A DNA stretch of 64,000 nt from Macrostomum lignano (taxonomy: Eukaryota). The notes under the pieces are model-generated. The model did no database searches and was not told the DNA's origin. It saw nothing but the letters and a program-made list of their open reading frames with translations. Position numbers and translations under genes: made by a program. Below, piece by piece: positions 16,166-29,211 of the stretch. The stretch spans positions 124,001 to 188,000 of the forward strand of contig NIVC01000010.1 in assembly GCA_002269645.1 (NCBI GenBank), read 5' to 3'. Position 1 is the first letter of the stretch; every line of letters begins with the position of its first letter.

Positions 16166-16676
16166 CCTTCTTACGTTCCCTCTGCTGACGAGCCCTCATC
16201 AACACTGCAAAATGCGGATGATGTTTGTGCAAGCAGACCGGTGACCTCAGAGTCTCAAATCAAGATCAGAGAGCTTACAAAATCTCGCCATCAACAGCCC
16301 ATTGTGAGGGCCAAGGCCTGCACAGTCCACAGGCTCTTAGAAGAGAAAATCACCGTTGAGTTTATTAAAACCGCCAACCCCTGTTCCCCTGTTGCGCGCC
16401 AAATATTGCTGCTATTCCTGACACCTCCGCTGCCTTAGCCGGTTGAGAGCTGATTGAAATGAACTCAACTGCCGGCTCTTTTTATGAGTTTTCTTTGCCT
16501 GGCTCAGATGATATATTGCCACTGCAATCCAGTGTTAATCAGGACCTCCGTCCATTTACTCTACTTTTTTCTTTCTAGCCAATAAGATTCGCGATTAAGA
16601 AGGAAAGATTTTAAGGCTTCATTTAGATCAAAATTTGGTATTCAAATTCGTCTTTTTCGCTGCTGTGTTTTAGAAA

Positions 16677-17095
16677 GCGTGTTAGAGTGTGTTAGAGCGG
16701 GCGTTAGAGAGGGTGTTAGAGAGTGTGTTAGAGCGGGCGTTAGAGAGGGTGTTAGAGAGGGTGTTAGAGAGTGTGTTAGAGCGGGCGTTAGAAAGGGTGT
16801 TAGAGAGGGTCTTAGAGAGGGTGTTAGAGCGGGTGTTAGAGAGGGTGTTAGAGAGTGTGTTAGAGCGGGCGTTAGAGAGGGTGTTAGAGAGTGTGTTAGA
16901 GCGGGCGTTAGAGAGGGCGTTAGAGAGGGTGTTAGAGAGTGTGTTAGAGCGGGCGTTAGAAAGGGTGTTAGAGAGGGTCTTAGAGAGGGTGTTAGAGCGG
17001 GTGTTAGAGGTTGTTAGAGAGGGTGTTAGAGAGGGTGTTAGAGAGGGTGTTAGAGCGGGTGTTAGAGAGGGTGTTAGAGAGCGCGTTAGAGAGGT
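16677..17095. repeat. 12-bp minisatellite (GTTAGAGAGGGT)
   Basis: Direct reading. Confidence 0.93.
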
Positions 17096-17338
17096 TTTTT
17101 GAACGTGTGTTAAACAGGGTGTCGGAAAGTGTGTTAAAAATTGTGTTAAACAGGTTTTTGGAGAGGGTGTTAGAAAAGGTGATAGAAAAGGTCTTTTAAG
17201 TAGTCAGCTATTAGCTACAGTGTACCCGAATCAGCCACCCGTAAAAGGCAAGTGTCCGCATGCCAGTCATCTATCCAATAAGCCACTTCACGTCACTTTT
17301 GATTCCATAATTAGCTAATGCAAATTATCATCAGTCAG

Positions 17339-17471
17339 TCGTGCATCATCTATCCAGCTCTAGAGAGCATCTCAACAACCAAACTGCACCCGCAGTGCGA
17401 ACGGGACGGCGGCCTCTGCTACACCGAGGACGCCTGCTGTACCGACTACAGCTGTCAGAAGGCCAGCCATG
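17339..17471 (+). CDS. Putative exon with knottin-like Cys cluster (QCERDGGLCYTEDACCTDYSCQKASH)
   Basis: C-x6-C-x5-CC-x4-C spacing in a GC-rich island between minisatellites. Candidate acceptor at 17338 with CTAAT upstream, candidate donor GTTTGT at 17472. Boundaries uncertain. Confidence 0.45.
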
Positions 17472-17554
17472 GTTTGTCTCTGCTGACTCTGTGGATTGCG
17501 GCTGCTGCTGGTTGGGTGCTGACAATATGCTAGCGGGATCGATAGCACTTTCTG

Positions 17555-18445
17555 ACCTACTCTCTAGCTCTAGCCTACTCTCTAGCCTACTTTCTAACCT
17601 ACTCTCTAGCCTACTTTCTAACCTACTCTCTAGCCTACTCTCTAGCCTACTCTCTAGCCTACTCTCTAGCCTACTCTCTAGCCTACTCTCTAGCCTACTC
17701 TCTGATCTACTCTCTGACCTACTCTCTAGCCTACTCTCTAGCCTACTCTCTAGCCTACTCTCTAGCCTACTCTCTAGCCTACTCTCTAGCCTACTCTCTA
17801 GCCTACTCTCTAGCCTACTCTCTAGCCTACTCTCTAGCCTACTCTCTGATCTACTCTCTGACCTACTCTCTAGCCTACTCTCTGACCTACTCTCTAGCCC
17901 ACTCTCTAGCCTACTCTCTAGCCTACTCTCTAGCCTACTCTCTAGCCTACTCTCTAGCCTACTCTCTGATCTACTCTCTGACCTACTCTCTAGCCCACTC
18001 TCTAGCCCACTCTCTAGCCTACTCTCTAGCCTACTCTCTAGCCTACTCTCTAGCCTACTCTCTGATCTACTCTCTGACCTACTCTCTAGCCTACTCTCTA
18101 GCCTACTCTCTAGCCTACTCTCTAGCCTACTCTCTAGCCTACTCTCTGATCTTCTCTCTGACCTACTCTCTAACCTTCTCTCTGACCTACTTTCTAGCCT
18201 ACTCCCTAACCTACTCTCTAACCTACTCCCTAACCTACTCCCTAACCTACTCACTAACCTATTCTCTAGCCTACTCTCTAGCCTACTCTTTAGCCTACTC
18301 TCTGACCTACTCTCCAACCTACTCTCTAACCTACTCTCCAACCTACTCTCTAACCTACTCTCCAACCTACTCAACAACCTACTCTCCAACCTACTCTCCA
18401 ACCTACTCTCCAACCTACTCTCCAGCCTACTTTCCAGCCTACTCT
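17555..18445. repeat. 12-bp minisatellite (CTACTCTCTAGC), left arm of an inverted pair
   Basis: Direct reading; source of the (LLSS)n and (ESRL)n ORFs. Confidence 0.95.
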
Positions 18446-18899
18446 ATAACTGAGTTCTCTATTATTTCAAACCAACTTGACACAGTTATAACTATAATAA
18501 GTAAAACTCTAAAATCATATTTCTGTTATCTCCACAGTTGAAAGAAGTTTCTAGAAACTGTAGAAAATGAGCTGCATGTTAAACTGCTGCTCTGCCCTGA
18601 AATAGCGGATGTGTCCAGCTCTGCTGCAGCTTGCCTGAGACAATTCTGCACAGCCAAGCTAAATCCATCAGAAAGAATTTGATCGATGACAGTCGACAAG
18701 ATGATAAATCATATTTTTAACGATCAGAAAAAGGAAAAAACTTTTTTAACTGGTTCAGAGACACGATCTCTGATGATCTTGATGAAGCCCAGAATCTGCT
18801 CGCGTTCAAGTTTATTGGTGACGGGGATGAGCACTGCCGCTCGGTGCTAGACTCAAGAAAATATGCAGCTTTAGTTTTGCTGCGTTGGTCTGCTCACTG

Positions 18900-20050
18900 G
18901 GTTAGAGAGTAGCTTAGAGAGCAGGTCAGTGAATAGATTAGAGAGTAGTTTAGAGAGTAGCTTAGAGAGTAGGTTAGAGAGTAGGTCAGTGAATAGATTA
19001 GAGAGTAGTTTAGAGAGTAGCTTAGAGAGTAGGTTAGAGAGTAGGTTGGGGAGTAGGTTAGAGAGTAGGTTAGGGAGTAGGCTAGAAAGTAGGTCAGAGA
19101 GAAGGCTAGAGAGTAGGTCAGAGAGTAGGCTAGAGAGTAGGTTGGGGAGTAGGTTAAAGAGTAGGTTGGGGAGTAGGTTAGAGAGTAGGTTGGGGAGTAG
19201 GTTAGAGAGTAGGTTGGGGAGTAAGTTAGAGAGTAGGTTGGGGAGTAGGTTAGAGAGTAGGTTGGGGAGTAGGTTAGAGAGTAGGTTGGGGAGTAGGTTA
19301 GAGAGTAGGTCAGTTAATAGATTAGAGAGTAGTTTAGAGAGTAGCTTAGAGAGCAGATCAGTTAATAGATTAGAGAGTAGTTTAGAGATTAGCTTAGAGA
19401 GTAGATCAGAGATTAGGTTGGGGAGTAGGTTAGAGAGTAGGTCAGAGAGTAGGTTAGAGAGTAGGTTGGAGAGTAGGTTAGAGTAGGTTAGAGAGTAGGT
19501 TAGAGAGTAGGTTGGAGAGTAGGTCAGAGAGTAAGCTAGAGAGTAGGTCAGAGAGTAGGTTAGAGAGTAGGTTGGAGAGTAGGTCAGAGAGTAGGTTGGG
19601 GAGTAGGTTAGAGAGTAGGTTAGAGAGTAGGTTAGAGAGTAGGTTAGAGAGTAGTTTAGAGAGCAGGCTAGAGAGTAGGGAGAGTAGAGTAGATCAGAGA
19701 GTAGGTTAGAGAGTAGATCAGAGAGTAGGTTAGAGAGTAGATCAGAGAGTAGGTTAGAGAGTAGGTTAGAGAGTAGATCAAAGAGTAGGTTAGAGAGTAG
19801 ATCAGAGAGTAGGTTAGAGAGTAGGTTAGAGAGTAGATCAGAGAGTAGGTTAGAGAGTAGATCAGAGAGTAGGTTAGAGAGTAGGTTAGAGAGTAGATCA
19901 AAGAGTAGGTTAGAGAGTAGATCAGAGAGTAGGTTAGAGAGTAGGTTAGAGAGTAGGTTAGAAAGTAGGTTAGAGAGTAGGTTAGAGAGTAGGTTAGAGA
20001 GTAGGTTAGAGAGTAGGTTAGAGAGTAGGTTAGAGAGTAGGTTAGATAGT
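18900..20050. repeat. 12-bp minisatellite (GTTAGAGAGTAG), reverse complement of the 17555-18445 array
   Basis: Reverse complement of the unit is CTACTCTCTAAC, which occurs in the left array. Confidence 0.95.
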
Positions 20051-20525
20051 AGCTCGGAGAGAAGTCTTAGTTGGGAGCCTGTTTCATGTTGCTGTTTATT
20101 TGCAGAATATGGGATGTCAGGCTGGGTTCACACGAGCAAACAAATGAATCAGGAAGCCATGGTGGAGATTGCTTCTCACTGGCAATTCAGTCTGTCGCTC
20201 TTCCCCAATTCCTCTCAATTTCTGCTTACAATTTCGCCTGAAAATCCACTAGCGTGTTTTGAAGGTAGTAGAGTTTTGGTTTTAAAACAAACTTGAAAAA
20301 ATATTTCTGCGCATTCAAATAGTGGCTCAAGGTTCGATGATGTTGGAAACGCAAAAACAAAAGGAAAAAAGACGAGCTATTCGCATCATTGCGCTAGCAA
20401 GAATCGCTAGCAATGGCATTCTACATTTATTGCATGTCATATGGTTTTTCCGTTTTACGACTTCTCAAATCCGCACTCCGCAGCCGCTTCCGGTCGCTGC
20501 ACGCCAACAAAAGCTCGCCTGCTAG

Positions 20526-20767
20526 AAGATTCCGATTACGAAGCCAAGCAAGGCGGAGGCGGCGGCATCGGCGGTTCATCAAGCGACGCTTGTTCGGGAA
20601 ATTCCGACTGCCCTCCCGGCCAGTGCTGCGGGATGGAATTCTACGGCCCAAGGGCCTTAGCCTATCGACGGGTGTGCAAACCGGCTAGCGCAGATTCCGA
20701 TTGTCCCACTGGCAGCGGAGTGGAGCAGAATCTGTTCAACCAGTACTATAGTGGACTGTTCCGTTAA
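20526..20767 (+). CDS. Putative terminal exon of a secreted Cys-rich protein, similar to the N-terminal half of the prokineticin/colipase fold
   Basis: EDSDYEAKQGGGGGIGGSSSDACSGNSDCPPGQCCGMEFYGPRALAYRRVCKPASADSDCPTGS...stop. The C-x5-C-x4-CC-x15-C-x8-C pattern aligns by eye to prokineticin ACERDVQCGAGTCC...RMCTP...ECHPGS. Candidate TAG acceptor at 20523-20525. Confidence 0.55.
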
Positions 20768-20890
20768 TTATTGCCCACTGTTAAGCTTTGACTTTAGGTA
20801 CTGGGAAAATCAACGAGCGACGAAAGTTGCAGGGGTGGATAACCAAGCTATGTGGCTTGAGTATGTACATTTGTGCGTGAATTTTATCAC

Positions 20891-21205
20891 CCCATAGTCT
20901 GGCCCTAGATTGCTAGCACCACCCCACTCCGCGCCTGGATGAACGCTTGTTTTCTTATCGTTGGCTACCCCCTCCCATAGTCTGGCCCAATTAGATTGCT
21001 AGCCCCACCCAACTCCGCGCGTAAATGAACGCTTGTTTTCTTACGAGCGTATCGTTGGCTACCCCCTCCCATAGTCTGGCCCAATTAGATTGCTAGCCCC
21101 ACCCAACTCCGCGCGTAAATGAACGCTTGTTTTCTTATCGTTGGCTACCCCCTCCCATAGTCTGGCCCAATTAGATTGCTAGCCCCACCCAACTCCGCGC
21201 CTAGA
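20891..21205. repeat. ~86-bp tandem repeat, about 3.7 copies
   Basis: CCCATAGTCTGGCCC recurs at 20891, 20974, 21068 and 21154. Confidence 0.9.
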
Positions 21206-22012
21206 TTTATGCCTGTCTTCTCTTTCCCTGTAATTCTACTGCTACAGTCTAACTGGCTTACACCCTACCCACTCCGCAAGTGTACACTTGCTCTATCAGC
21301 CGGGCCCCGTATCAACCAATCGAAGAGCGGATAGCTTCAGAAAAATAATTAAGTGGTTAAAAGCTGGAAACATTAGTAAGGCTATGTGCATTTGCTTCTG
21401 TCGAACAGAAACCAGGCAGTGCCGTAATTTTCGAGTACCTGAAGATCCTATAAACCTAATTAAATTATCTAGATGAGGCTTAAATCGTATTTACTCGCAG
21501 CGGAAATACGAGTTGTCACCTTTTGCAATTAAATAAAAGCAAGAAATGGTTTTAAACTATGATGAAGCATCAAATTTTATTTTCGGCCTTCTTGAATATT
21601 TTTACATATCAGCATTCTATACTACTGCTAGTTTAGTTAGTAGACTATTTGAGAAATTTCTAAAGTCTAAAAAGTTTATATGCTTTCGAATATCACAGAT
21701 TTTAGCGCCGCCGTCCGCATGCGAAATCCAGGTTTTAGGTGCGCTGTGTTTTTCTACCTTTCTAATTCTATCTACACAAAAAAGTCTTTAAATCTAAATT
21801 TAGACTCAAGTTAGACGCATTCTGCTTATGATAACAATAGCCGTAGGATTGTACGAGAGTGTGCTAGTGCTATAGTAGGTGTTTCTGCAAGCTAAGAAGT
21901 TTTTTCTAATGAGCTACCAAAACCGGTACCTCAGTCGTCATCAACAGCCGTCATCACTAGTCCGGCTTGAAAATAATCTTCATCGCAAGTCAAACGCTGA
22001 CTCCAAAAGTCA

Positions 22013-23513
22013 TCACACGGCGTCACCGACGTTCGACATGTTGACAATAAAATGTCGCCATTCGAGTCTTTGCAGGGTCTTCGATTGCCGGCTGGCTTGT
22101 CTGAGCAGGGAATGCCAGGGTATGAGCAGACTCAGGCCCAGCCATCTGATCTCCAGCCGCAGCAGAACCGATTGGGCCAGCGAGCTCGGCTGCCTCAGTC
22201 GAGTCAGGGTGACGCAATTGCCGCCGTCATTAACGTCGGAGTGAAAGCAGAAGTGCTGGCTCTTGGCCAACTCCCATCGGGCGCCCCCGGAGCCGTTTTG
22301 TTGCTGCCACCAGTCAGCGTGAACCTCCACTCCGGCACTCGGTGGCTCTGTACAGCTGCGGGAGTCGAACTCGGGGCCTAGTTCCACCTTGAGCAGGTAG
22401 CAGCGAAGCTGAGTACCGTTTGAGCTGGCCGACAGGCCGAGCAGAGCCCTCGCTGCTGCTGAACAGGACTTCGGAAACCTTCGAGTGGAGTCTGAGATTT
22501 CGGTTGACATGGCTGTGCAGCCTGAAAGTAAGCAGATTGGGGCGATGACAGACGGGGATCCTGAATCTGAGATCCCAATTCTGAGATCTCGAATCGGAGA
22601 TCCTGAATCTGAGATCCCGAATCTGAGGTCCCGAATTTGAGATCCCTAATCTAAAATCCCTAATCTGAGGTCCCGAATCTGAAACCCCGAATTTAAGATC
22701 CCAAATTTGAGATCCGTGAGATCCCTCATCTGAAATCCCGAATCCGAGATCCTGAATTTGAAATCCGTGAGATCCCGAATCTTAAATCCCGAATCCGAGA
22801 TCCCGAATCGGAGATCCCGAGTCTGAGATCCCTGAGATCCCGAATCTGAGATCCTGAAATCGAGATTCCTAAAATCTGAAACATTTAAACCCCGAATCTG
22901 ATATCCTAAAATCCGAAACCTTGAGATCCAGAATTTGAGATCCCGAATTCGAGATCCGAATTTGAGATCCCTAATCTAAAATCCCGGATCTGAGATCCCG
23001 AATCTGATATCCCTGAAATCTGAAACCTTGAGATCCCGAATCTGAGATCCCGAATTTGAGATCCCTAATCTAAAATCCCTAATCTAAAATCCCTAATCTA
23101 AAATTCCGAATCTGAGATCATGAAACAAGCAACTCAGGCTTACTTTGTCTCTTTTTCCGATGCTCTTCCTCGCAGCAATGACCAATCAATCCGAATTCTT
23201 CAAGCAATTTGTAGCAGACCGGATCGCACGGATCCAAGCAATCTTGCTGCTTCTGCGGCTGCTTGCACTCTTGCTGATATTGCAGAGAGCAAGTATCTAT
23301 TAGATTGGTCGGCAGATTGACAGTTTTGACTTCAACAGAAGGCTGCTGTTGCTTCTGCAGTTGCTGCTGCTGCTTCTGTTGCGGCCTCTGTCGAGCCTTC
23401 CACCATCTCAGCAGAATGAAACGAATTGCAATAATTGTAAAAACGATACCTGCCAAAGAAACCGTGCAAATCAGAGCAATGGTCAGAGCCCTGGTCAGCT
23501 GATGAGAATGCAT
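22013..23513 (-). CDS. Single-pass membrane protein, 292 aa, with Gln/Cys-rich linker and probable degenerate C2 domain; complement(join(22013..22521,23144..23513))
   Basis: GCAGCCATG start, TM segment ALTIALICTVSLAGIVFTIIAIRFILL followed by RWWKAR, donor A|GTAAGC at 23143 and acceptor TTTCAG at 22522, both phase 1, giving a continuous frame. C2 assignment is by-eye only. Confidence 0.7.
22555..23118. repeat. Degenerate 14-bp minisatellite (GAGATCCCGAATCT) filling the intron
   Basis: Direct reading. Confidence 0.9.
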
Positions 23514-23889
23514 GGCTGCTCTCAAATATTGTCTTTGAGTCTGCAGGATTTTCATTTAACTGAAGAATATGTTAACTGTCCACATCCGTCATTTATTTAT
23601 CTGAAGAATGCAATAATGATAAAATGTTTTACTTTCTACTTAGTAGTCACATCAGTAGAGTAAGCAGCGCGTGAGCGTACTTTGCATTGTGCACTATAAA
23701 TACGAGTATTTTAATCAATTGGTTCTGAACAGCTAAGAGGACTGAATAGAGAAATTTTATCCTAATTATCGCCTGGGCCCTTTTGTTTCAAGAGGGAGCT
23801 GGGCTAAAATTTTATATTTTACAAATCTTCTGTAAAAACTTGCTAAGAAAAAATTACCAATGCAAAAACAGCGATACGGAATTGCCATC

Positions 23890-24890
23890 CTGTCTCCAAT
23901 CTCCCATCTCCATATCGCATCTCGCATCTCCCATCTCCCATCTCCCATCTCAAATCTCCCTTCTCACATCTCTCATCTCTCATCTCCCGAGTCCCATCTC
24001 CCATCTCCCATCTCTGATCTCCCATCTCCTGTCTCCCATCTCCCATCTCTCGTCTCCCATCTCCCATCTCTCATCTCTCATCTCTCATCTCCCATCTCCA
24101 TATCGCATCTCCCATCTCCCATCTCACATCTCCCATCTCCCATCTCCCATCTCTCATCTCTCATCTCTCATCTCCCATCTCCCATCTCTCATCTCTCATC
24201 TCCCATCTCCCATCTCTCATCTCTCATCTCTCATCTCTCATCTCTCATCTCTCATCTCCCATCTCCCATCTCTCATCTCTCATCTCTCATCTCTCATCTC
24301 CCATCTCCCATCTGCCATCTGCCATCTCTCATCTCCCATCTGCCATCTGCCATCTCTCATCTCCCATCTCTCATCTCACATCTCACATATCTTATCTCTC
24401 ATCTCTCATCTCCCATCTCCCATCTCCCATCTCCCATCTGCCATCTCTCATCTGCCATCTCCCATCTCCCATCTCCCATCTCTCATCTCCCATCTCCCAT
24501 CTCCCATCTCTCATCTCCCATCTCCCATCTCCTATCTCCCATCTCCCATCTCTCATCTCCCATCTCTCATCTCCCATCTCCCATCTCCCATCTCCCATCT
24601 CTCATCTCTCATCTCCTATCTCCCATCTCCCATCTGCCATCTGCCATCTGCCATCTCTCATCTGCCATCTCTCATCTCCCATCTTCCCTCTCCCTCATCT
24701 CTCCCATCTCCCATCTCCCATCTCCCATCTCTTATCTCTCATCTCCCATCTCCCATCTCTTATCTCTCATCTCCTATCTGCCATCTCCCATCTCCCAGCT
24801 CCCATCTCCCATCTCCCATCTCTTATCTCTCATCTCCCATCTGCCATCTCCCACCTCCCATCTCTCATCTCCCATCTTCCCTCTCCCAGT
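23890..24890. repeat. 7-bp repeat (CCCATCT/CTCATCT), left arm of an inverted pair
   Basis: Direct reading; source of the (ISHLPSP)n ORFs. Confidence 0.95.
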
Positions 24891-25424
24891 TCCCCTAAAA
24901 TGAATATAACTGGCAGACAGACCAAATCGCAGCACAGACTCCCTAACGATTGAGATCTGGCAAACATTCGCTTTCGCAGCCAATTTCGAACAATTATCTT
25001 TTGGTGCGAATTGTCCTTGATTTTGAGTTCGGTATAAATTCTTTGAGCATAAAACACATTTTCAATTTCGATGGCCTTCGGCTCCACAACGGCAGCTTCT
25101 GCCAGCTTCATGATACAAGGGAAACAGCAAGAAAACTGTGATGGATTGGCCGAATAGAATCGCAAAATTACTAAATTATTGCCCACGGCAATTTCTATAT
25201 GGAAAGCAGTTCTCATGAAATTGCAGATTTCAGTTTGGTGGAAAATTGTCAAATTGGAGAACTGAAAAATATTTTTTTAGATTTCTCCAGATATCAGACA
25301 GACTTGGATCAACTTCAGGCTCCTGACTGCGATCCCCCTATCCTGAAGTTTCTGCAGCCCTCCAATTGCGCTGTTTTTTTCACTTTAATCTCCCTCAATA
25401 AAGTTTTTCCCCGCCGATCTAGAG

Positions 25425-26685
<1,261 letters not shown>

Positions 26686-27186
26686 CCGGCCTTCTCCCAG
26701 TCTCCCAACATTTTTTTCTTGCAGCCAATTTTCACAGATATTCATCCTCAATCCTCAATCAGGAAGTTCCAGTTCAAAACGGAATTACAGCTCGAACCGG
26801 CCAATCAGCCATTCCTTGCCTGAATTCTGGCCTTTCTTGATGATAATTTCTTTTGCAATTTTCTTACCTGAAAAAGAGGAGAAAATTCTCTGGCATTCAG
26901 ACAAAAATTTATTCTCTTTTGAAACAGAATATGAGCGGCTAAGGGTGGTCAAAGCAGATTGCAGCGCCAACCGGCTAACCCACAAAAACATCCTTTTTTT
27001 AACCTGAATAGCTTTCTCCCGCGCAAATTTGCGCTGGGAAAATTGTTTCTAGACTCTGAGTTGGTCTTCAAGAAACTATATGTGTGGCGGCGAAATTCTC
27101 CAGAATCTTCATCGGCGTCCTAAGCAAGTCTCGCATGTTGGCAATTTTTTAAACCTCTTAAGTCTCCAACCTCAACTTAGTTCACC

Positions 27187-27754
27187 ATGCTGCGAATTTT
27201 CACCTTAATCCTATTGCTGTCTTTCGCCGCTAATCTGCTTTTGAAAGCGGAAGTGAATGGAGCACCGATCGCGTTTGATGGTTTAGAAGTGCCATCACTC
27301 ACTGCAGACACAAAAGGTAGGCATTGCCATCGGATTGCTTATATATTGTGTGCAGTACTGAGTGGACGGCTGGGCCAGAGTAGCTTAGCGGTGAAACGCG
27401 TCCGACTCTTGCACCAGGAGTTCCTTGGTTCGAATCCGTGAGCGGTCAAATTAATTTGTGGCTCGTCCACGAGAATTAGTCTGAGAGCCTCTCAGCCCTA
27501 TGAGAAAGTCTGTGTGCCCACTGGCTGGCTATATACGGATCGAATCCGATATGTATCGAAAAACAACTTTGTTTCCATTTAGAAGAATTAAAATAGGAAT
27601 AAAAAGTCCTGGGTTAGCCTTTAGGCCTTCGGTGTGCCTAACAGACGAATCTCATTCTAATATCCAATTAACAGAACTGACAAACACCGATCTGCTGCTC
27701 CGGTTGATGAAGCGTTGCCGGCTCTACGATCATCGCGCCTGCCCCATTGGCTGA
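27187..27754 (+). CDS. Secreted peptide precursor A, 69 aa, ending KR-CRLYDHRACPIG; join(27187..27316,27675..27754)
   Basis: Signal peptide MLRIFTLILLLSFAANLLLKAEVNG, donor G|GTAGGC, phase-1 acceptor TAACAG (in-frame alternative at 27645), dibasic site, two-Cys peptide, terminal Gly then stop. Paralogue at 29212-29829. Confidence 0.85.
27374..27446 (+). mobile_element. tRNA-like pseudogene or SINE head inside the intron of precursor A
   Basis: A-box TAGCTTAGCGG and B-box GGTTCGAATCC at tRNA spacing; acceptor and anticodon stems pair poorly. Confidence 0.55.
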
Positions 27755-28139
27755 GCGAGTTTGCCGACAGGAGGCGCCGGGCTAAATTCCTGGAAACCAT
27801 GGAGCGTATTTATTATAACAAAGACTAAATGCCTAGAAGAACAAAGACTAAGCCCGCGTGTACTAATCACTAGAATTCTATCCTGCAGATGAGACTTCAG
27901 TCTCTTTCAAATTGCAATGCGAATACCTGATATTTGATTAACTGATCGCCCGAACGTAGCTGTCAGTTTTGAATGGAATATATAGACAAATATATACTTC
28001 GACTTCGGCTTGCCATGCATTCATCCAAGATTCTTTATTACTTGATTTATAGCTGACAAACTGATTGATAGACAGTCTGCAAGACATGACAGTCTGCAAG
28101 ACATGACAGTGAGACAGGTACTAAGACAGGCATTTAGAC

Positions 28140-28845
28140 AGACAGTATAGGACAGGCACTATAGGACAGGCACTATAGGACAGGCACTATAGGACTGGCA
28201 CTTATAGGACAGGCCCGTTTCTACAAAATTGGTGGAATAAATAATCAATAAAATTACAAGCATTATCTGTTCACCGTTTTTGTAGAAACGGGCTTCTTTA
28301 GAGGATCATAAAAATTGGATACGTATCAAGGACGTTCCTGCAACCAAAAAAGTTACGTATCGGAGACGTCTCACTTTCAATTGGATACGTAATTTTGCTA
28401 TGCGGGATAGGACAGGCACTTATAGGACAGGCCCTATAGGACAGGCACTATAGGACAGGCACTTATAGGACAGGCCCTATAGGACAGGCACTATAGGACA
28501 GGCACTAAAAGACAGGCACTATAGGACAGGCACTTATAGGACAGGCCCTATAGGACAGGCACTATAGGACAGGCCCTATAGGACAGGCACTATAGGACAG
28601 GCACTATAGGACAGGCACTAAAAGACAGGCACTATAGGACAGGCACTTATAGGACAGGCCCTATAGGACAGGCACTATAGGACAGGCCCTATAGGACAGG
28701 CACTATAGGACAGGCACTATAGGACAGGCACTAAAAGACAGGCACTATAGGACAGGCACTTATAGGACAGGCCCTATAGGACAGGCACTATAGGACAGGC
28801 ACTAAAAGACAGGCACTAAAAGACAGGCACTATAGGACAGGTACA
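28140..28845. repeat. ~14-bp minisatellite (TAGGACAGGCACTA) interrupted by ~190 bp unique sequence
   Basis: Direct reading; the insert starts with an 81-bp hairpin (28213-28293). Confidence 0.9.
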
Positions 28846-29211
28846 GGCCTTATGCTTTTTGCTTATTTGAAAGCTTTTGCAATCCTTTTGCAGTATGCAG
28901 CGAAAATAGCCGTTGAGCTTTGTTCAAGACACTCGAGATGATAATTGCCGTATTTTTTCGCTTTCATGCAGACAGAAAGTGGGTGGATGCGAATCAAAAG
29001 AAATTTTTTAGCCAATGAGAAAAATAGGTTTAGATCTGAGCAGGCTCTAATTGGAAGAATGTGAGCTCAACAAACTGGGCCCTCATGCAACCCGATTTTA
29101 AATAAAATCTTTCCAAACTGGTTGGGTCCCTTTGCTTTAAGATCCGTAAAACGAAATCTTATCTCCTAGAAACTATACCTTAATTCCCAACTTAATAACA
29201 AAGAATTGCTG

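Noticed and set aside
16170-16440. GC-richer open stretch (ORF 16241-16438)
   Set aside because: No recognisable motif or convincing splice sites.
18480-18900. Coding-like fragments in the core between inverted arms
   Set aside because: Frames are broken by stops and no family motif was recognised.
21288-21476. CICFC...C segment as the missing C-terminal half of the prokineticin-like domain
   Set aside because: Cys spacing does not fit the C-x-C-x5-C pattern and no compatible donor/acceptor pair was found.
26868-26991. Minus-strand exon resembling a mitochondrial presequence (MFLWVSRLALQSALTTLSRSYS...) with a GTAAG donor
   Set aside because: The only phase-compatible next exon found (near 25420) stops after about 34 codons and no family is recognisable; unresolved rather than supported.
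27374-27446. Functional tRNA gene
   Set aside because: A and B boxes are present but the acceptor and anticodon stems do not pair properly; treated as a pseudogene or SINE head.
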